This document shows positions 1-13,186 of a stretch of 64,000 nt of DNA, in pieces (within the stretch, counting starts at the first letter, position 1; the number at the start of each line of letters is the position of its first letter). Made by a program: the position numbers and the translations under genes. The stretch comes from Mobula hypostoma. Its lineage: Eukaryota. The notes beneath the pieces were generated by a model that saw nothing but the letters and a program-made list of their open reading frames with translations, ran no database searches and was not told where the DNA came from. The stretch lies in contig NC_086097.1 of the NCBI RefSeq assembly GCF_963921235.1, positions 33,420,001 to 33,484,000 on the forward strand. Direction: 5' to 3'.

Positions 1-569
1 AAGAGGCACAGATACAGTGGATAGCCAGAGGCTTCTTTCCTGGGCAGAAAGAGCTAATACTAGGGGGACATAATTTTAAGGTGATTGCAGGAAAGTATAT
101 TTGGGATGTGAAAGGAAGATTTTTTTTAAAAACAGAGTAGTGGGGATGGAAGGGTTGGATTGATCTTGAAGTATGTTAAAAGGTCAGAACAACGTTCTGG
201 GTCAAAGGTCTGTACTGTCCTATGTTTATCTCCGGTTTCCAGCATCCGCAGTTTACTGAAGTTGATCACTTATGCATGCCCGTGCCTCCACATCCAAGTC
301 CTACACAGCCCCCAGGGGCAGCTTCACCAGTTCCATTAGTGTGACATTGTCTTATCCCAACAATAACCCCCAAACAGCACCACCAACATAGGCAGTTCAT
401 GAGTTTACACCTAATCAGAGGGTGGAAGAAGGGAAGGGGGATGTTGGGAGTGGGACCAAAGGATAGGAGGGAACAGGGGAGAGAGTGAGACTTTGAGGGA
501 AAGCAGTCGGGTTGCGAGGTTGGGGAGGGAGGAAACCAGTCCAAGAGAAAAACATTATTCAGTTCCTAC

Positions 570-674
570 CCTTAAATTTCACATCCAGAACTTCCCCTTC
601 TGCAGAGATGACACCATTGGCATGGAATGTATGGCAAGGACAATGAACGCTAATTTCCAGACCAAGATTCGTGT
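570..674 (-). CDS. TGFB3: TGFB3 coding exon 4 (LAP, CPC dimerisation motif)
   Basis: TTTTGCAG acceptor, GTAGGA donor. (D)[34 protein letters not shown](G); phase 1/1. Later exons (furin site, mature domain) lie left of the window. Confidence 0.95.
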
Positions 675-2179
675 CTGCAAAACACAAGCTAGTTAGATCC
701 CAACGAAGACAGAAAATCACCAACAACTGACCCAGTCCAGTCCAACACAGGTAACACACGATCTCACCATGTCCCATGGATACATTGAATAATAGCCCAT
801 TACTACACAATGAAACCAACACCCTCCAACACAGCCCACCACAAACACAAAATGCCCCCTAACAAAATGTTCCGCAGATCCAACTAAAGCTAACACATGC
901 AACATAATTCAGCCAGCATACAATCTGCTGGTCGATCTCAGTGGGCAGAGCTGCTTCTGTGGGAGGAAAGGAATTGTCCACATTTCGGGTTGAGCCCCTG
1001 CATCCAGACTCTGCATCTGTTGTTCCGGATTCCAGCATCTGTAGTCTCTCGTATCTACATTATCCAACCAAACTCCATAGGCTAACAAAGCAGCAACACA
1101 AACCCAACGCTGCCTGAACAACATCAAATATAGACTAGTAGCTCAAGGGGCAGTTAGTGAAATTTGGGTCCAGTGACCATAGTTCTATTAGTTTTTAAAT
1201 AGCTAAGGAAACAAGACAGAACAGGTCCAGAGGGCAAAGAATTGAACTGGATCAGAGCCAACTTTGAGGGCATTAGGTTGTTGACTGGGTGACTCTTTAT
1301 AAAGGCAAAGGAACAGCTGACAATTTTTAAAAGAGTCAGATCAAGCATCTAGGGCAGCATATTCCTGTTAAGGTGAAGGGTAGACATATGAATTTCAGGG
1401 AACGCTGGCTGATAAAGAGATATCAAGGCTCTAGTCAGAAAAAGACAAGCCTTAATACCTTTTTTAGATCATCACTTTTAGGCAGCTGGGTACAAATGAA
1501 TCCTTCAACGAAAATAAAAATATTATAAACAGGCTTCAGAGGGAAGTCAGGAAGGCAAAAAGAGAGAACGAGATGGATTTGACAAGCAAGATTAAAAATA
1601 ATCCCAAGAGATCCTTCAGTTATATTAACAGTAAAAGGGTAACTAGGGAGACACGAAGTTTTCTTAAAGACCATCAGGGCCATTTATGTGTAAAGTTGCA
1701 GGAGAGGGCTGTGATTTTTAATGTACTTTTCTCCTTAGTGTTTACTAAGTAGAATATCACAGATGCCAAAGAAATGAGGGTAACGAGTGGTCAGTTTTTG
1801 GATCATATGCCTATTACAAGGAAGGAGGTTTTTGCAGTCTTGTAGTGCATTAAGCTGGGCAAATCAGAGCCTGACAAAGTGTAACCCTGGACCTTATGAG
1901 AGGCCAAAGACGAAATCGCGGAGACCCTTGTAGAGTTATTTGTTTTGTCATTACTCACTGCTGAAGTTGCAGAAGACTGGAGGAGGGTGGCTAATGTTCC
2001 ATTGTTACCTGACTTCAGTTCTAAGGAAGTTACTGGAGGGAATTCTGAGGGACAAAATCTACCATCACTTGGATAGTCAAGGCCTGATCAGGAATAGTCA
2101 GCATGGTTTTGTGTGTGGGAGGTCATGCCTGATGAATATATTTTAGAGTATTTCCAAAGAGGTAACTAAGGGGATAGCA

Positions 2180-2710
2180 AATCATAAACACAAGAGATTC
2201 CACAGATGCTGTAAGTGCTGGCGGAACACGCACAAAATGCCAGAGGAACTCAGCAGGTCAGGCAGCATCTATGGAAACGAATAAACAGTCAACGTTTCAG
2301 GCCAAGACCCTTCATCAGGACTGGAAAGGAAGGGGGAAGAAGCCAGAATAAGAAGGTGTGGGGAAGGGAAGAAGCTGGCAGGTAAATGAAGTGAGAAGCT
2401 GGGAGGTGCTAGGTGGAAAAGGTAAAGGGCTGAAAAAGAAGGAAACTGCTGGGAGCAGGAGAGTGGACAATGGGAGAAAGGGCACTAGGCAGAGGTGATA
2501 GACAGGTGAGGTGAGGAGAAGAGAAGAGGTAAGAGGGGAACCAGAGTGGGAAATTGAAGAAGAGGAAAGGGGGAAGGTGGGAAAAAATCCAGAAGTTGGA
2601 ATAAATGAATTATTCCATCAGAATGGAGGCTATCTAGACGACATATGAGGTGTTGCTCCCCCAGCCTGAGAGTGGCCTTATTGTGGCAGTAAGAGGAGGC
2701 CATGGAACAA
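2180..2710 (-). mobile_element. Penelope-like element 3' fragment
   Basis: C-terminal CHNKATLRLGEQHLICRLDSLHSDG (GIY-YIG-end motif LEEQHLIFRLGSLQPDG), then a pyrimidine-rich UTR, the hammerhead motif and the GATGCTGCCTGACCTGCTGAGTTCC terminus. Confidence 0.75.
2286..2323 (-). ncRNA. Minimal type I hammerhead ribozyme motif in a Penelope-like element 3' repeat
   Basis: RNA reads CAGUC-CUGAUGA-AGGGUCUUGGCCU-GAAAC-GUU-GACUG: stem I CAGUC/GACUG, intact CUGANGA and GAAA core, stem II hairpin, palindromic ACGU minimal stem III, NUH triplet GUU. Confidence 0.75.
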
Positions 2711-4770
2711 CGTGACAGGCTGATCTGGAAGGTTAGGTCATACGGGATCTGGGGGAGCTAGCAAGGTGGATTCAGAATTGGCTGGACAGTAGGAAGCGGA
2801 GGGTGATAGTTGAAGCTCAATTCTCCGACTGGAGGCCTGTGACTTGTGGGGTGTCTGCTATTCATTATTTATATAAATAACTTGGACGTGAATGCACAAG
2901 TTTGCTGATGATTCTAAATTAGGGGGTCTTGTTGATAGTGAAGCAGGTTACAATGTATTACAAAGAGATGTTGATCAGTTAGTGAAATGGACTGAGGAAT
3001 AGCAAATGGATTTCAACTTGGGTAAATATGAGGTGATGCATTTTGGATGTTCAAAGTAGAGTATACAATCATGGCATGGCATTGACAAGCACTGTGGAAT
3101 GGGGAATGGGAAGTTCAAGCACACAATTCACTGAAAGCAGCCATGCAAGTAGACAGAAAGGTGAAGAAGGCTTTTAGCATGCTGGCCTTCATCGGTCAGG
3201 GCCTCAAGCTTAGGAGTAGGGACATTATGTTGCGGTTATACAAGCTGCTGATAAGCCTGCATTTGAAGTATTTTGTACTGATTTTGTCACCCTGTATAGA
3301 CAAGATATCAAACTGGAGAGGGTGCAGGAGAGACTTACGAGGATGCTGCCTGGACTAGAGGGTGTGAGCTACAGGGAGAGATTGGCCACGATGGATATTC
3401 ATTCCCTGTAGTGCAGAAGAATGAAGGGTAACATAGAAGTTTATAAAATTGTGAGGAGTATGTTTTCTCCAGGATTGGGGAGTCCAAAACTATAGGGCAC
3501 ATATACAGGGTAAGAGGAAAGCGACCTGAGAGGTAACTTCCTTACACAGGAGAGTACCTGGAATGAGCTTCCAGAGAAAGTAGTTGAGGCAGATACAATC
3601 GCAACATTTAAGAGGCATTTGGATGGGTATATGGAGGAGAGGGATTTGGAGGGTTGTGGGCCAAATGTGGGCAAGTGGGACTAGCAGGGAGGATGGTGTG
3701 GTTGAAATGGGCCACTTGAATCAAGTGGCCTGTTTCTGTGCTATGACTTCGTATACAGTTGAACACAAAAATTTTCCACAATCCATGACAAATTCAAATA
3801 ATCTGACAAATTCACAGTGCAATCCCATCAAGCCAACTGATATCTAACATTGTCCAAACAGAAGTCACATGGATGCAGCATCATTGAACACAGTTGAAGG
3901 CTTCGCATTACACATGGACACTGAGAGACCACAATAGAAACCATTGGCTTCCATCAAGTTCCACTCGCAATTCAAACTCAACACATCTCCCATACAATGT
4001 GGGTCCAGGAGAACCCACCATCATCCAACTTCACCTTTCCACATTGCGGAAATGCAACACAATACAACGTAAACCTCAAACTAAGGCCACTGAACCACAG
4101 CCAACAAACACAGACCAAGGATAATGCAAAGATAACACACAAATCATCAGTGTCATTGATTCCAAACCTTGGTTCACAAGGTGGTCCCCATAACAGACAA
4201 ACTGGACAATGGCCAATTGCGCTGCAGGTCCCTGTGCTCAGAGCACCAGGTGACCCCAAGCTGCTGTGAGCAGCAACATCATCCCCACACTGACCATTGC
4301 CTGCAGCTCCCTGCTCTCCTTGCTGACCATCTGATGGGTTCAGCTTTCAGTGCTCACCATTTCCCCAAATAGTAATGGGTCACATCATCTGTTTCCCACA
4401 CTCTCTCCCCACAACTGTCCCCCACATCCTCCTCCCCAACCTAGCCTACCTTTACCCCTCACCCCACACATACCCCTTACTCTATCTGCCTCACCTTCTC
4501 CCCACTCCCCCTCTCCACACACCCCAACCTCTCTCCCTGACACCACTCCCATCCCCTAACAAATTTTCAACATCTCCCACCCCCTCAGCCCCTTTTCCCC
4601 ATCCCCAACTCTCAACACTTCTCATCCCCTCTCCCCCGCATGCCTCCCCCCTCAGCCCCTCTCCCACACCCCACCCACATCTCTCTCCCTACACCCCTTC
4701 CCTCTCCACTGGTCACTGTGCTCGGCCCCGTCCCGAAGTTTGACAGGTGTAGCTCCGATGTGATCCTCAC

Positions 4771-4900
4771 CTCTGTTGATAAGCCATTCCTTCACGCTCT
4801 CGGTGACATCAAAGGAGACCCATTCGCTAAAGCCCTTGGTAAGGACCACCTTCCCTGCGATGTACCGCTGCTTGGTGATGTGGTCGTCTGGCTTGAGGAT
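4771..4900 (-). CDS. TGFB3: TGFB3 coding exon 3 (LAP)
   Basis: CCCGTCAG acceptor, GTGAGG donor. [43 protein letters not shown]; 130 bp, phase 0/1. Confidence 0.96.
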
Positions 4901-5423
4901 CTGACGGGGAACAAGTGTAACTGACCTGTTCGTACGTATGCCCCACACACAGTCCCTACGCCTCACACATGGTTCATACCCTGTGCACAGTTCATACACC
5001 CCACACAGGACTCTCCATCTGACCCATACTGCGCACCCCATGTCAGATCACCTTACCCCTATAACCCAGTTCCATAACCAGAGTTAATCCATCCCTCTGC
5101 CCAGCACCAGTCCCAGACCCCTCCCCAGGCATGGAATGGGACAGGCAGCAAGCAGCGGGATCCTCCCACTCTGGGGAGAGAGGGGAGAGGGGTCAGGTTT
5201 AGGTGAAGGTGGGGGGTGTAGTGGAGAAGGTACAGATGAAGGGAGGAGGAATTTGGAGGTGGAGAGAGACAGAAGGAGAGAGGGAAGATGTACATTGAGG
5301 GAGTAAGAAGAAGCAGGTACAGATGGAGGGAGAGACGAGAAGGGAGAAGGTGCAGATGGGGGGGGGAGGTGACAGAGGGTGAGGGGAGACAGGGTGTGTG
5401 GCTCCAACCAACACAGTCTGTAC

Positions 5424-5584
5424 CTGATAGACTTCAATCCTCTGCTCGCTCCGTTTGGCACTGATGTTTGGCACACGCAGCGCACGGAATTCTGCCCGGA
5501 AGAGATTGGAAACATTCTTCTCCATGGAAGACACATTGAAACGGAAAACTTTGGAAGTAATGCCACGACACGAACTGACATCAT
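5424..5584 (-). CDS. TGFB3: TGFB3 coding exon 2 (LAP)
   Basis: TTTTCCAG acceptor, GTACAG donor. (N)[53 protein letters not shown] matches the TGFB3 [13 protein letters not shown]...NLFRAEFR pattern. Phases 1/0 fit the neighbouring exons. Confidence 0.96.
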
Positions 5585-6829
5585 CTGGAAAACACATTGG
5601 GTCCATGTTACAGTACAGCTCAGGGTCAGAACAATAGGTTACAGGAGTGGGAATCTATAGAGTAATAGATACCCAGTCCACAATAATGGCTGGGATCAAA
5701 CCCAGGGTTTGAGTTGGGGTTTTATATGCCCAGTAACAGATCCCCAGGAGTGGGTTACAGGCTGGGTTCTAATCCAGGAGCTCGGGGGGTTGATGTAGAA
5801 GGTTGGCTGAGGAAGGAATATAACACTGTTGCCTGAGGTACTGTGTACAAGAATTGGGATCTCACATTGTAGCTGAATGACGCCTTGGTTAGGCTGCACT
5901 TGTGTGCTGCTTTGTTGTCACACAGTAGGAATGGGGTGATTAGCCACAGGAAAGAATCACAAGGGTGTTACTGGGACTAGAGGGCTCCTGTTACAAGGGA
6001 AGACTGGGCAGGTTGTGACTGTCTTCCTTGCAGACTCAGAGGTTAAGGAGTGACCTTACGAAATCCTGTAATATAATGATACAGGATAGGGCGTCTAAAG
6101 TAAGAGTGCATAGGTTTGAGGCGTGAGTGAGGAGGTTCAAAGGGGATCCAAGGGATAACATTTTCACACTGAGTAGTTGGTATTTGGAATGAGCTGCCAG
6201 AGGAGATGGTGGTGACAGGAACCTTCTGGACAGACACCAGAGGAATCTTGATCAGCTAGGTAAGTGGGCTGAGAAATAGTTTTATAGTAAATAGTAGTGC
6301 CCTTGGGAGTGATGTGGAACAGAGGGACCTAGAAGTTCAGATATATACCTACATTAGACTATACTGACTACAGCTTGGCTTTCAATATTATAATTCCAAA
6401 TAAACTTGTCATCAAACTGTGAGATCTGGGAGTCCAAAGATTCAAGGTACTTTTATTATCAAAGCATGTTTGCAGTATACCACTCTGAGTTTGTCCTCCT
6501 GCAAGCTGCCACAAAATAAATAAACCACCGTTCAAAGAAAACATAAAACATCCAACGCATGGAAAAAAGAACAAATCGAGCAAAAGGCAAAAAAACAAGT
6601 GAATAACACTCAGAATATTAAACATCAAACCAGAGAGGCTTTGAAATAGTCTAGGAATGTTCAGTTTCAGTTCAACTTAGCACTGTGTTGGTTATTGACT
6701 GCAGGCTGCAGAGACAGTCCAGGGCGAAGCACCCTGATCAAAATCGCACAAAATAACAATTTAAAAGAAAAGAAAAAGCAGAAACACACGTAACATGAAC
6801 CACAGAGTTCCCTCTGAAACTGGATCCTC

Positions 6830-7800
6830 AACCTCCTGACCAACAAACCACAATTATTCGCAACACAGGTGCTCCACAAGGCTGCAACTTCGGCCCTCTT
6901 CTCTATTCCCTGTACACTCATGACTGCATAGCCAAATTCTGCGCTAACTCCAGCTACATGTTTGCAGATAATACCACTGAAATACAGTGGGCTGTATTTC
7001 AGATAACGATGAGGCTTGAGTACAGGGAGGAGATAGAGACCCTAGTGATATCGTGTCATAACAGCAACCTTTCCCTCAACATCAGCAAAACAAAAAAGTG
7101 GGCGGTTCACATGCTCATCAATGATCCTGAGGTCAAAAAGGTCGAGAGCTTCAAGTTCCTAGGAGTGAACATCACTGATATCTTGTCCTGGTCCAACCAC
7201 ATAGATGCCATGGCCGAAAAGGCTCACCAACAACCTCTACTCCCCCTCAAGAGGCTGAAGAAATTCAGCATAGCCCCAGCAACTCTCACCGATTTTTAAA
7301 GAAAGATCTGATGCATCACAGTTTGGAACACAACTGCTCTGTCCGTAATCACAAGAAAGTGGCGAGAATTTTGGACACAGCTCAACACATCATGGAAACC
7401 AGCCTCCCCTCCATGGATAGTTTAAACTTCAGTAAAGCAGCCAACATAGTCAAAGTCCCCACCCATCCTGGGCATCCTCTCTTCTCTCCTTTCCCATTGA
7501 GCAGAAGATACAAAAGTCTGAAAACATGTACCAACAAGCTCAAAGACAGCTTTTGCCACAGTTATTGAATAAGTCCCTTGTACAGTAAGATCAACTCTTG
7601 ACCTCACAATCCACCCTGTTATGATCTTGCATCTTATTGTTCACATTCACCTGTACTTTCTCTGTAGTTGTTACACTTTATTCTGCATTCTGTTACTGTT
7701 TTACCTTGTACTATTTCAATGCACTGTGTAATAAACAGTGTGCAAGACAAGCTTTTCACTGTATCTTAGTACATGTGACAATAATAATAATAAATCAACT
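6830..7800 (+). mobile_element. Rex1/Babar-type LINE 3' remnant
   Basis: FADNT...NLSLNISKTK...VESFKFLGVNIT..LSWS motifs (ORF 6958-7299); degenerate. Confidence 0.8.
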
Positions 7801-8464
7801 AATAGGTTTTATTGAATGAGCTGCCGGAGGAAACGTTGGAGCAGGTAGATTAACAACATGAAAAAGACAGTTGGACAAGTAAATGGATTGGGAAAGGTTT
7901 AGAAGGTTATGGACCTAACGCTGGCAAATGAGACTAGCTTGAATGGGGCACCTTGGTTGGCACGGACCTGTTGAGATGAATGGCCTGTTTCTATGCTGTA
8001 CTGTTCTAAGTGGGATTAGTATAAATAGTCAAGGTGGTCAGCACAGACCTGTTGGACTGAATGGCCTGTTTCTGTGCTCAATACAATGAATGTGATGGAT
8101 TAATAATGAAAACCAAGTAGAGAGCCAATGGATTAAACAAAGATTCAGTAGCAGACTTCACTACAGAGGCCACAGTAGCATCCCCGATACTATGGTTAGT
8201 CTGGCAGTGGGAAGTAGGGGACATCACCAGGGCTATGGGACTGAGTGAACTGTGAACTGACAGGTGTCTGGCTCCACAACAACTTCATCCAAGGAGTTTA
8301 AGTGATGAGCCCAATGCCATGGTTAATGCCTTGGATTTTATTTTTCCAAAATTCACTGCATAAGGAAAGTTCACAGGATTGGAGAGTCATAAATATTCTG
8401 ACTTTGAGGGAAAGGAGAACGGGAAATGATTCAGAGCCCAGCCAAACCCCTTGACAGAGGGAAA

Positions 8465-8700
8465 GTGTTAAACACAAAAGATTTTGCAGATGCTGGAAAC
8501 CCAGAATACCATATAAAATTCTGTAGGATCTCAGCAAGTCAGGCAGCATCTATAGAGGGGAGTAAGGAGTTGATATTTGAGGCCAAGACTGTTCATCAGG
8601 ACTAGAAAGGAAGGGGGCAGAAGCCAGAATAAGAATGTGGGGGAGAGGAACAGAGTACAAACCAGCAGGTGTTAAGTGAAATAGGTGAAAGGAAAATGTT
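8465..8700 (-). mobile_element. Penelope-like terminal fragment with a degenerate hammerhead motif
   Basis: Same terminus as 2180-2710. Motif reads CTGATGAACAGTCTTGGCCTCAAA (GAAA lost). Confidence 0.65.
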
Positions 8701-8889
8701 CAAAGTTGTGAGTGAAGATGCAGTGACTTCCCTTTGAAGTGTCACAGTAATGAAGCCACTCTCATTTTACATAGAACATAAAACAGAGCAGGAAAGCCTC
8801 TCCTCCCCATATCTGCCAAACACGACAACCCACACTTAAGATTCAAGATTATTTATCACGTGTACATTGAAATATAGAGACGGTGTCAG

Positions 8890-9780
8890 TGCACCACAGC
8901 ACAGAAACAGGCCCTTCAGCCCATCTAGTCTGTGCCAAACGATTATTCTGCCTAGTCCCATGCACCATAGCCCTCCATAACCCTGCCATCCATGTGCTTA
9001 TCTAACCTTGTCTTAAATGTTGCAGTCAAGGTTGTATCCAGCATTTGCACTAGCTGCTCATTCCACACTCACACAACCCTGAGTGAAGAAGTTCCCTCTC
9101 AGATTCCCTCTTAAATGTTTCACCTTTATCCCTTAACCCATGACCTCTAGTTCTAGTCTCACCCAACTTCAATGGAGAAAGCCTGCTTGCATTTACCCTA
9201 TCAATATCCCTTGTAATTTTGTATACCTCTATCAAATTTCCTCTCATTCTCCTACACTCCAGAGAATAAAATACTAGCCTTTCCCTATAACTCAGGTCTA
9301 ACAGACTCAGCAAAATTCTTGTAAATTTTCTCTACTCTTTCAAATTTATTAATATCTTTCATGCAGGTTGGTGACCGGTACTGCAAACAATACTCCAAAT
9401 TTGGCCTCAGCAACATCTTATTCAATTTCAATATAACACCCCCCAACTCCTGAACCCAACACTTTGATTTATGAAGGCAAATTAGCCAAAAGTTCTCTTT
9501 ATGACCCTATCTAGCTGTGATGCCACTTTCAAGGAATTATGGATCTGTAGTGCTAAATCCCTCTGTTCTACTACATTCCTCAATGCCCTACCATTCACTG
9601 TCTAAATCTTACCATGGTTTGTCCTACCAAAGTTCCACACTTCACACTGGTCTGCATCAAATTCCATCTGCCATTCTTCCTGCTGGTCCAGAAACTACTG
9701 CAAATTTTGACAGCATTCCTTGCAGTCCACTATACTTCCGATCTTGAAGTCATTTGAAAATTTGCTGATCCAGTTTACAT
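8890..9780 (-). mobile_element. CR1-type LINE 3' remnant
   Basis: LSYRERL..YSLE.RRMRGNLIEVYKI...TRGH motif (ORF 9050-9313) and CR1 3' UTR. Confidence 0.8.
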
Positions 9781-9799
9781 ATAATGAAATGCTTCATTT

Positions 9800-10080
9800 C
9801 TGTCAAATCAAATCAGCAAGGATTGGTTGAGGCAAGTGTCGCCACACTTCTGGCACCAACATAGCGCGTCCACAACTCACCAACATAGCACGTCCACAAC
9901 TCACCAACATAGCACGTCCACAACTCACTAACCATAACTGTAACTCTTTGGAATGTGAGAGGAAACCAGAGCAAATGAAGAAAACCCATGCAGTCACATA
10001 CAAGCTACTTACAAACAGCAGCAGGAATTGAACCCCTATTGCTGATCATTGGCGGTGTAAAGCACTACACTATCGTGCCT
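9800..10080 (-). mobile_element. tRNA-derived V-SINE-like element with an internal 24-bp triplication (9854-9928)
   Basis: B-box GGTTCAATTCC and a V-domain-like GGGTTTTCTTC...GGTTTCCTC. CACCAACATAGCRCGTCCACAACT repeated 3 times. Confidence 0.65.
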
Positions 10081-10879
10081 CCTATACTGTTGTTATTATA
10101 GAACTTCTAAGAACACTGCCAGACAAAGGTGAGACTTTGCAGACAGCATACAGGAGAATGCTTATAAGTTCATGTTTTGATCTTTAAGCCCACAGCCAGA
10201 AGTACAACAGAAATAGAACGGGCTGTTGAAAAGCATGAGTGATCCTACAGTCAACAAAGTCGATGGACCTGATCCCAAACACAAGTACAGCACCTGGAAG
10301 GGTTGGGCGGGCTCTACTGTGACAAAAATAGTAGTTGCCGGGAAGACCAGTAAAGACTGAAGTGCTGGGAGAATGAACCGCACTCCCTCAAATTCTCCTG
10401 GGCTAGGTACAATTACTGGAAAAGCAGACAGCAGGCTTCATGGTTTAGTTGCTTTATCAGAGAGAGTTGTGGGACTGCTGTGGACTCTTCCCAAGGGATT
10501 GTCTTCCTGTGTTATCCAGATGGCAGTACTTGGATAAGGGAAAAGGCAGCAACAGCAGCTTTATGGCAAGGTCATTTTGGACAAATGTGGAAGTCCTGTC
10601 TCATTCCTGCACGACCTCTCCCCGCCACCCCAACCTGGAACCGCCAGCAATGCCGTACAGACTGCTCTACCCTTCACAGGATGCTCCACTACCTTCCTGA
10701 CCGCAGTCTCCAGCTCATCTCATGTACACATCAAGCTGCCACTTGAGGAACTGGGTGCCATAACCACAGCCATGAAACAGCACACCCCAACAGCTTCTTC
10801 ATCATCGCTGGGCACCTCAACCAGGCTTGCCTGAAGTCGTCTCTGCCCAGCTCCCATTGATCTGGAACTGCTGCAATGT

Positions 10880-11955
10880 GCCTACGGCCACAACAGGCCT
10901 ACAGCAAATGCAATCTCACTGGCTCTCCACTGGGCCTTGGACCACCTGGACAATAGCAATGCCTACGTCAGGCTGCTGTTCATTGATTACAGCTCAGCAT
11001 TCAAGACCAGCAACCCCTCAGTACTAATCAATATGCTTCAAAACTTGGGCCTCTGTTGCTCCCTCTCCAATTGGACCCTTGACTTCCAAATTAGAAGATG
11101 GTCAGTGCTGATCAGAAATAACTTCTCCCCCTCACTGACAATCAGCACAGGTGCACCTCAAGGATGTGTGCTTAGTCCATTGTTCCACTCTCTCTACACT
11201 TATCACTGTATCACTAGGCACAGCTCAAACCCTATCTATAAATTTATTATTTGACACAACTGTTGATTGCAACCATGAAGATGAGGCATACAGATCAGCT
11301 GGTTGAGTGGTGTCACAACAACAACCTTGCGCTCAACATCAGTAAGTCCAAGGAATTGACTGTGGACTTCAGAAAGGGCAAGTTGGGAGAACACCTGCCA
11401 GTCCTTATTGAGGGATCAGCAGCTTCAAGTTCCTGGGAGTCAACATCTCTGAAGATCTATTCTGGGCCCAACATATTAATGCAATTATAAAGTAGGCACA
11501 TTAGCAGCTATATTTATTAGGAGTTTTCAGAGATTCATATGTCACCAAAAACCCCAGTAAATTTCTACAGATGTACTGTGGAGAGCATTCTGACTCATTG
11601 CATCAACACCTGGTATGGAGGCTCCAATGCACAGGACTGGAAAAAGTTGCAGAGCCAGTTCCATCATGGGCACTAGCCTCCTCAACATTGAGGACATCTT
11701 CAAAAGGTTACATCCATCATAAGGACCCCAATCTCTCATCAGGGATGAGGTACAAGAACCTGAAGATGTACCTTCGATGTTTTAGGAACAGATTTTTCCA
11801 CTCACTTTTTTTTTGCTTTCTTTTGCACTACTTATTTAATTTATATATCTTTTTTCTTATTGTAATTTGTAGTTTGTTTTATCATGCACTGCACTACACT
11901 GCTGCCACAAAAATCTTACAACATATACCAGTGATATTAAACCTGATTCTGATCT
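10880..11955 (+). mobile_element. Rex1/Babar-type LINE RT remnant
   Basis: [25 protein letters not shown] and NNLALNISKSKEL motifs; tail AAACCTGATTCTGAT. Confidence 0.85.
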
Positions 11956-12987
11956 AAGTACCTATCTGAGTGTCTCTTAAAAGTCCCTAATGCATCTGCC
12001 AACACTGGCAGTGCATTCCATGCACCCACCACTCTGTAAAAAAACTACCTCTGACATCCCCCCCATACTTTCCTCCAATCACATTAAAATTATAGCCCCT
12101 CGTATTACCAAGAACACATTAGATTTGAAAAATCACAAGGAGACATGATGAATAGGTATGTGGCAGAGGATTGGCAAATGGCTTTCAATCCACATAAATG
12201 TGAACTACAGCTCTATAAAACTCTGATTAGACCACTCTTGGAATATTGTGTTTAGTTCTGATTGCCTCGTTATAGGAAGGATGAAGAAGCTTTCGAGGAG
12301 GTGCAGAGGGAACTTGCCAGAGAGGTGACTTGATGGAAGAGTAAAAGATTGTTAAGAGGCCTAGATTGAGTGGGTAGCTAGAGATTGAAAATGGCTAAAA
12401 CCAGAGGATATTTGGTTAAGGTGAGTCGAGGAAAGTTTAGCAGAGATGTTACAAGTAGTTTTTTTCCTATACAAAATGAGTATTGGGTGCCTGGAATGCA
12501 CTGCTGGAGGTGGTGGTAGAGGCAGATACTTCAGGGACATTTAAGACTTAGATAGCCACATGGATGAAAGACAAATGGTGGGCTATATAAAGAATGGAAA
12601 GGTTAGATTGATCTTGGAGTATGTTAAAAGTTTGGCCCAATATTGTGGGCTGAAGGGCCTGTACTGTGCTGTACTGTTCTATGAGGGATTGCATTTGAGA
12701 GATCAAACCAGGATAGGCCTTATACAGTGAATGGTAGGGCCCTGGGGAGTGACCTATGTATGCAATGCATAGTTCACTGAATGTGGTGTCACAAATAGGT
12801 CAGGTGGTTTAAAAAAAAGGTATTTGGCACACTGGTCTTCATCAGTCAGGGCATTTAGTATCTTGTAGTTATAAAAGACATTGGTGAGGCGGCATTTGTA
12901 CTACTGTGTACAGTTTTGGTCACCCTGTTACAGGAAAGATGCTATGAAACTAGAAAGGGTTACCAGAAAAAAAGTTACCAGGATGTT

Positions 12988-13186
12988 ACACACACAAAAT
13001 GCTGGAGGAACTCAGCAGATCAGGCAGCATCTTTGGAAAGGACTAATGAGTTGACATTTCTAATAAAGGGTCTTGCCCCAAATCGTTGACTCCTTATTCC
13101 TTTCCATTGATGCTGCCTGACCTGCTAAGTGGCTCCAGCATCTTGTGTGTTACTCTAGATTTCCAGCATCTGCAGAGTATCTTGTT
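12988..13186. mobile_element. Short inverted Penelope-terminus insertion inside a CR1 remnant
   Basis: Two opposed copies of the PLE terminus, flanked by direct repeat TTACCAGGATGTT (12975-12987) / TTACCAGGATGCT (13187-13199). Confidence 0.7.

Larger units (their letters stand above)
1150..3760 (+). mobile_element. Degenerate CR1-type LINE remnant interrupted by a Penelope-like fragment
   Basis: ORF fragments [16 protein letters not shown] (1940-2146) and QVDRKVKKAFSMLAFI (3143-3358); many stops and frameshifts. Confidence 0.85.
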
